Below, in pieces: positions 50,670 through 53,677 of a DNA stretch of 53,677 bases. The stretch is taken from contig JACCQZ010000098.1 of assembly GCA_013813875.1 (NCBI GenBank), forward strand, positions 1 to 53,677, read 5' to 3'. Numbering within the stretch: the stretch's first letter is position 1; each line of letters begins with the position of its first letter. Under the pieces are notes generated by a model. That model worked only from the letters and a program-made list of their open reading frames with translations, searched no databases and was not told where the DNA came from. Origin of the DNA: Gemmatimonadales bacterium. Its GTDB lineage: Bacteria; Gemmatimonadota; Gemmatimonadetes; Gemmatimonadales; GWC2-71-9. A program made the translations under genes and the position numbers.

Positions 50670-52223
50670 TTGACCACTGCTACCGTTCGCGATACCGGTG
50701 CCTCGCAGGATCCGGGGGATACCCGGTTCTTCGGGCATCCGCGGGGGCTCTCGACGCTCTTCTTCACCGAGATGTGGGAGCGCTTCAGTTATTACGGGAT
50801 GCGGGCGCTGCTGATCCTGTTCATGACGGCGCCGATCGCCACCGGGGGGCTGCAGTTCGACGTGGCCAAGGCGGGCATCGTATACGGAACGTACACGGCG
50901 CTGGTCTATCTCACCGCGCTCCCGGGTGGTTGGCTGGCCGACCGGTTTCTGGGCCTGCGGCGCGCGACGTTGTACGGCGGCGTCAGCATCATGCTGGGTC
51001 ACATCAGCCTCGCGATCCCCTCCCTTACCGCATTCTATATAGGCCTTGGGCTGGTCATCATCGGCACCGGGCTGCTCAAACCGAACATCAGCGCGATGGT
51101 GGGGGAGCTGTACACTCCGGAAGACGTGCGGCGCGACGCGGGGTTCTCGATCTATTACATGGGGATCAACCTCGGCGGGTTTACCGCGCCGCTGGTCTGC
51201 GGATGGCTGGCGCAGAGCGGGCAGTTCCGCGGAGTTCTTGCTTCTGCGGGAATCTCACCGGCGAGCTCCTGGCACTGGGGCTTCGGAATGGCCGCGGTGG
51301 GCATGTTCTTCGGGCTGATCCAGTACATGTCGGGCTGGAAGCACCTGGGTACCGCCGGAATGGAGCCGGCGACCCCGAAGAACGAGGAGGAGCGAGCGCG
51401 GCAGAAGCGGCAGCTCCGGCTGGGCCTGCTCGCGGTGGTGGGGAGCGGGGCGCTCCTCGCGGTTCTTTCGCTCGCCGGAATCGTGCGGGTGACCGCGGAA
51501 GGGGTGGGTGACGCCTTCGGCGTTCTTCTCGTTCTGGTGACGGTAGCGTTCTTCGTCTGGATGTTCACGGTGGCCCAATGGACGCCGGTGGAGCGCAAGC
51601 AACTGGTCGTCGTCATGGTGCTCTTCCTGGCGGCGACCGTTTTCTGGTCGGTGTTCGAGCAGCAGGGCTCCAGCCTCAACCTCTTCGCCGAGCGCAATAC
51701 CAGGACCTCGCTGTTCGGCTTCGAGTTCCCCGCGAGCTGGTTTCAGTCGTTCAATTCTCTCTTCATCATCACCCTGGCGCCCCTCTTCGCCTGGCTGTGG
51801 ATCCGCCTGGGCAACCGCAACCCGTCCAGTCCGGCAAAGTTCACCGTGGGTCTCGTATTCGTGGCGCTCGGCTTCGGGGTCATGGTCCTCGCCTCCAAGC
51901 GGGCGGAAGCGGGCATCATGGTAAGCCCGCTCTGGCTCGTTGCCACCTTCCTGCTCCACACCATCGGCGAGCTGTGTCTGAGCCCGGTGGGATTGAGCGC
52001 GATGACCCGGCTGGCACCGGCCCGGATCGCGGGGCTCACCATGGGAGTCTGGTTCCTGGCGCTGTCGCTGGGGAACTTCCTGGGTGGGCGGGTGGCGAGC
52101 TTTTACGAGGCCTTCTCGCTGCCGCAGCTCTTCGGGTCGGTGGCGCTGTACGCGCTGGCGGCCGCGCTGGTGCTGGCGGTGCTGATCAAGCCGATCGCTC
52201 GGATGCTGGAGCGGGGTCGTTAG
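50670..52223 (+). CDS. POT/PTR2 family di-/tripeptide:proton symporter
   Basis: The TTG start is preceded by AAGGAG (8 nt spacer). GHPRGLSTLFFTEMWERFSYYGMRALLILFM is the canonical PTR2 signature (ExxERFxYY). Confidence 0.9.
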   Translation: MTTATVRDTGASQDPGDTRFFGHPRGLSTLFFTEMWERFSYYGMRALLILFMTAPIATGGLQFDVAKAGIVYGTYTALVYLTALPGGWLADRFLGLRRATLYGGVSIMLGHISLAIPSLTAFYIGLGLVIIGTGLLKPNISAMVGELYTPEDVRRDAGFSIYYMGINLGGFTAPLVCGWLAQSGQFRGVLASAGISPASSWHWGFGMAAVGMFFGLIQYMSGWKHLGTAGMEPATPKNEEERARQKRQLRLGLLAVVGSGALLAVLSLAGIVRVTAEGVGDAFGVLLVLVTVAFFVWMFTVAQWTPVERKQLVVVMVLFLAATVFWSVFEQQGSSLNLFAERNTRTSLFGFEFPASWFQSFNSLFIITLAPLFAWLWIRLGNRNPSSPAKFTVGLVFVALGFGVMVLASKRAEAGIMVSPLWLVATFLLHTIGELCLSPVGLSAMTRLAPARIAGLTMGVWFLALSLGNFLGGRVASFYEAFSLPQLFGSVALYALAAALVLAVLIKPIARMLERGR

Positions 52224-52253
52224 CGGGGCTGGCATCGGTGCTACATGTTTTTT

Positions 52254-52297
52254 TCTTCGTGCTCTTGAGCTTCTCTTCCTGTCCTTCCACCTGCTTT
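52254..52297 (-). repeat. family D repeat, copy D2
   Basis: The minus strand AGCAGGTGGAAGGACAGGAAGAGAAGCTCAAGAGCACGAAGA is similar to D1. It is bracketed by the inverted repeats GGCATCGGTGCT (52231-52242) and AGCACCGGCGCC (52302-52313). Confidence 0.55.
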
Positions 52298-52318
52298 TTA
52301 GAGCACCGGCGCCAACCC

Positions 52319-53350
52319 CTACGGCAGCTGTCTGTGCGGATCTGACGGCCCGCTCTTGAAGATGCGAAAGAGGTAGAGGAGCGACGGCAGCAGCACCACG
52401 GCGCCGATCGTGAGGATAATGAGCACCAGCTTCAGCGTCACCGGCGGCGCCGCGGTCCCACTGATGGTCATGTCGGGCGGGATGAGATAGGGGTGCTGCG
52501 CCAGCGCCCATCCCCAGAAGATGAGTGAGACCTGAAGTCCCGCGGCTACCCGCGCAAGCCGGTACTTGCGGAACCAGAGCGCGGCCAGCGCTCCGATGGC
52601 GCCGCCGGCGGTGCCGAGATGTAGCGGGAGGGCCCAGGCCGAGCTCAGGAGCCCCTGGTACATCAGCGGCGCGGTGTCCCGGGAGAGCAGGAGCGTCAGT
52701 CCCGAGGCCAGGAACACCGCCACGCCGGCGCCGAGGGCGCGACCGCGGAAATCCTCGCAGAGCGCGCCATCGTGGCTCTCGAGCGTCAGGAAGACCGCGG
52801 CCAGAAACGCGAAAAGCGTCAGCGTCAGCACTCCCACGCTGAGCGCGAACGGGGTGAGCCACGGATTGACGAACTGCTCCACGAAGCTTCCTCGGAGCGG
52901 CCCGCCCACCCGGCCCGACGCGACCGCGCCGATGCAGATGCCGAGCAGCAGCGGGGTGAGGACGCTGGCGCTGGCGAAGATCCGTCCCCAGCGGCGCTGC
53001 GATGCATCGTGCTCGGTGTCGTAGGTGCGGAAGGTGAAAGCCGAGCCGCGCAGGACGATCCCCACCAACATCAGCGTCAGCGGTATGTGGAGCACGATTC
53101 CCAGGCGCGCGAAGACCGGCGGAAAACAGGTGAAGGTGAGCACGATAGCCAGGACGAGCCAGACGTGATTGGCTTCCCAGATGGGGCCGATCGCGTGGCT
53201 GATGACGTCGCGCTGCCGCTGCTTCCGTTGGCCCGAGGCGAGCAGGTCCCAGACGCCCCCACCGAAATCGGCTCCCCCGAACAGCACGTACGCGTTGAGC
53301 GAGAGTCCGAGGATGCCTGCCATGATGTCGGCGAGGGAAAACTCAGGCAC
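52319..53350 (-). CDS. cydB: cytochrome bd ubiquinol oxidase subunit II
   Basis: 343 aa. N-terminal LNAYVLFGGADFGGGVWDL and GPIWEANHVWL motifs. The start overlaps the cydA 3' end by 8 nt. Confidence 0.9.
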   Translation of the reverse strand: MPEFSLADIMAGILGLSLNAYVLFGGADFGGGVWDLLASGQRKQRQRDVISHAIGPIWEANHVWLVLAIVLTFTCFPPVFARLGIVLHIPLTLMLVGIVLRGSAFTFRTYDTEHDASQRRWGRIFASASVLTPLLLGICIGAVASGRVGGPLRGSFVEQFVNPWLTPFALSVGVLTLTLFAFLAAVFLTLESHDGALCEDFRGRALGAGVAVFLASGLTLLLSRDTAPLMYQGLLSSAWALPLHLGTAGGAIGALAALWFRKYRLARVAAGLQVSLIFWGWALAQHPYLIPPDMTISGTAAPPVTLKLVLIILTIGAVVLLPSLLYLFRIFKSGPSDPHRQLP

Positions 53351-53677
53351 GACCGGTCCCTGAGGGCAGGTACAGCCGACTCCACTCGTCGGGGCGGGGG
53401 CTGCGGATGATCTGGCGGTAGAGCAGCCACGCGACGATCACGCCCAGCAGGCAGTAGAGCAGGGTAAAGCCGAGGAACGGGTAGATGAGGCCGGGCATGG
53501 GCGTCACCGCGTCGGCAGTGCGGAGAATGCCGTAGATGGTCCATGGCTGGCGGCCCACTTCGGTCACGGTCCAGCCGGCCTCGATGGCGATAAAGCCCAT
53601 CGGCGCCGCCAGCGCCAGCGCCCGGAGCAGCCACACGTGGGCGCAGAGGTCCTCGCGGCGCGCCGCGAGCACGGCGG
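53343..53677 (-). CDS. cydA: cytochrome bd ubiquinol oxidase subunit I (C-terminal fragment; 5' end beyond the window)
   Basis: GFIAIEAGWTVTEVGRQPWTIYGILRTADAVTP is the conserved CydA C-terminal signature. The ORF runs off the window edge. Confidence 0.9.
   Translation of the reverse strand, partial: AVLAARREDLCAHVWLLRALALAAPMGFIAIEAGWTVTEVGRQPWTIYGILRTADAVTPMPGLIYPFLGFTLLYCLLGVIVAWLLYRQIIRSPRPDEWSRLYLPSGTGRA

Noticed and set aside
1-53677. Search for tRNA/rRNA genes, CRISPR arrays, transposases, integrases, phage genes, toxin-antitoxin pairs and known defence-system signatures.
   Set aside because: No tRNA-like T-arm/acceptor signatures, rRNA segments, repeat-spacer arrays or recognisable mobile or defence protein motifs were found by eye in any frame. 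The NTase at 7318-8037 has no adjacent HEPN-like partner. Absence is limited by manual inspection.

Overview
This 53.7-kb window is visibly very GC-rich, with strongly G/C-biased third codon positions and long antisense shadow ORFs on both strands; I did not compute the GC value. It reads as ordinary chromosome of a diderm bacterium, since it carries waaA, a porin and many lipoproteins. A Gemmatimonadota- or Acidobacteria-like origin is only my guess.

I support about 55 CDSs. They are mostly on the minus strand and tightly packed, often with ATGA or GTGA stop/start overlaps.

Main gene blocks:
- Envelope genes: OMP, lipoprotein, Na+/H+ antiporter, waaA, CPBP protease and DsbA.
- A TPM / nucleotidyltransferase / LemA trio, followed by an M23 peptidase.
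- metG, a PSP1(RicT-like) gene, accA, dnaE and hisIE.
- Two coupled HExxH metallopeptidases.
- An M20 dipeptidase.
- A lipoylation-plus-pyruvate-dehydrogenase super-operon: lipA-pdhA-pdhB-E2-lpdA-small membrane ORF-lipB-hypothetical.
- A porin.
- An OFA-type MFS transporter with a 45-aa small-subunit ORF that is missing from the ORF track.
- An ECF sigma / RskA-like anti-sigma / DUF1684 / TlpA-like operon.
- thiO.
- A hybrid histidine kinase / GT4 / GT2 / DUF3108 / deoxyhypusine-synthase-like operon.
- A HIT / HD / lipoprotein / glutamine-amidotransferase operon.
- DUF1028, a POT peptide transporter and cydAB (cydA truncated by the window edge).

I found no rRNA, tRNA, CRISPR array, transposase, integrase or phage gene, and I do not recognise any canonical defence system.

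The features the CDSs do not explain are:
1. At least five families of intergenic repeats, three of them long GC-rich palindromes. They occupy nearly every larger spacer and in places contribute stop codons or C-terminal residues to genes.
2. A structured leader or sRNA candidate that ends in a textbook intrinsic terminator directly in front of the CPBP protease gene.
3. A roughly 690-bp non-coding gap upstream of the porin.
4. Several tightly coupled operons of uncharacterised composition.

All family assignments come from reading motifs by eye. No database search was possible.
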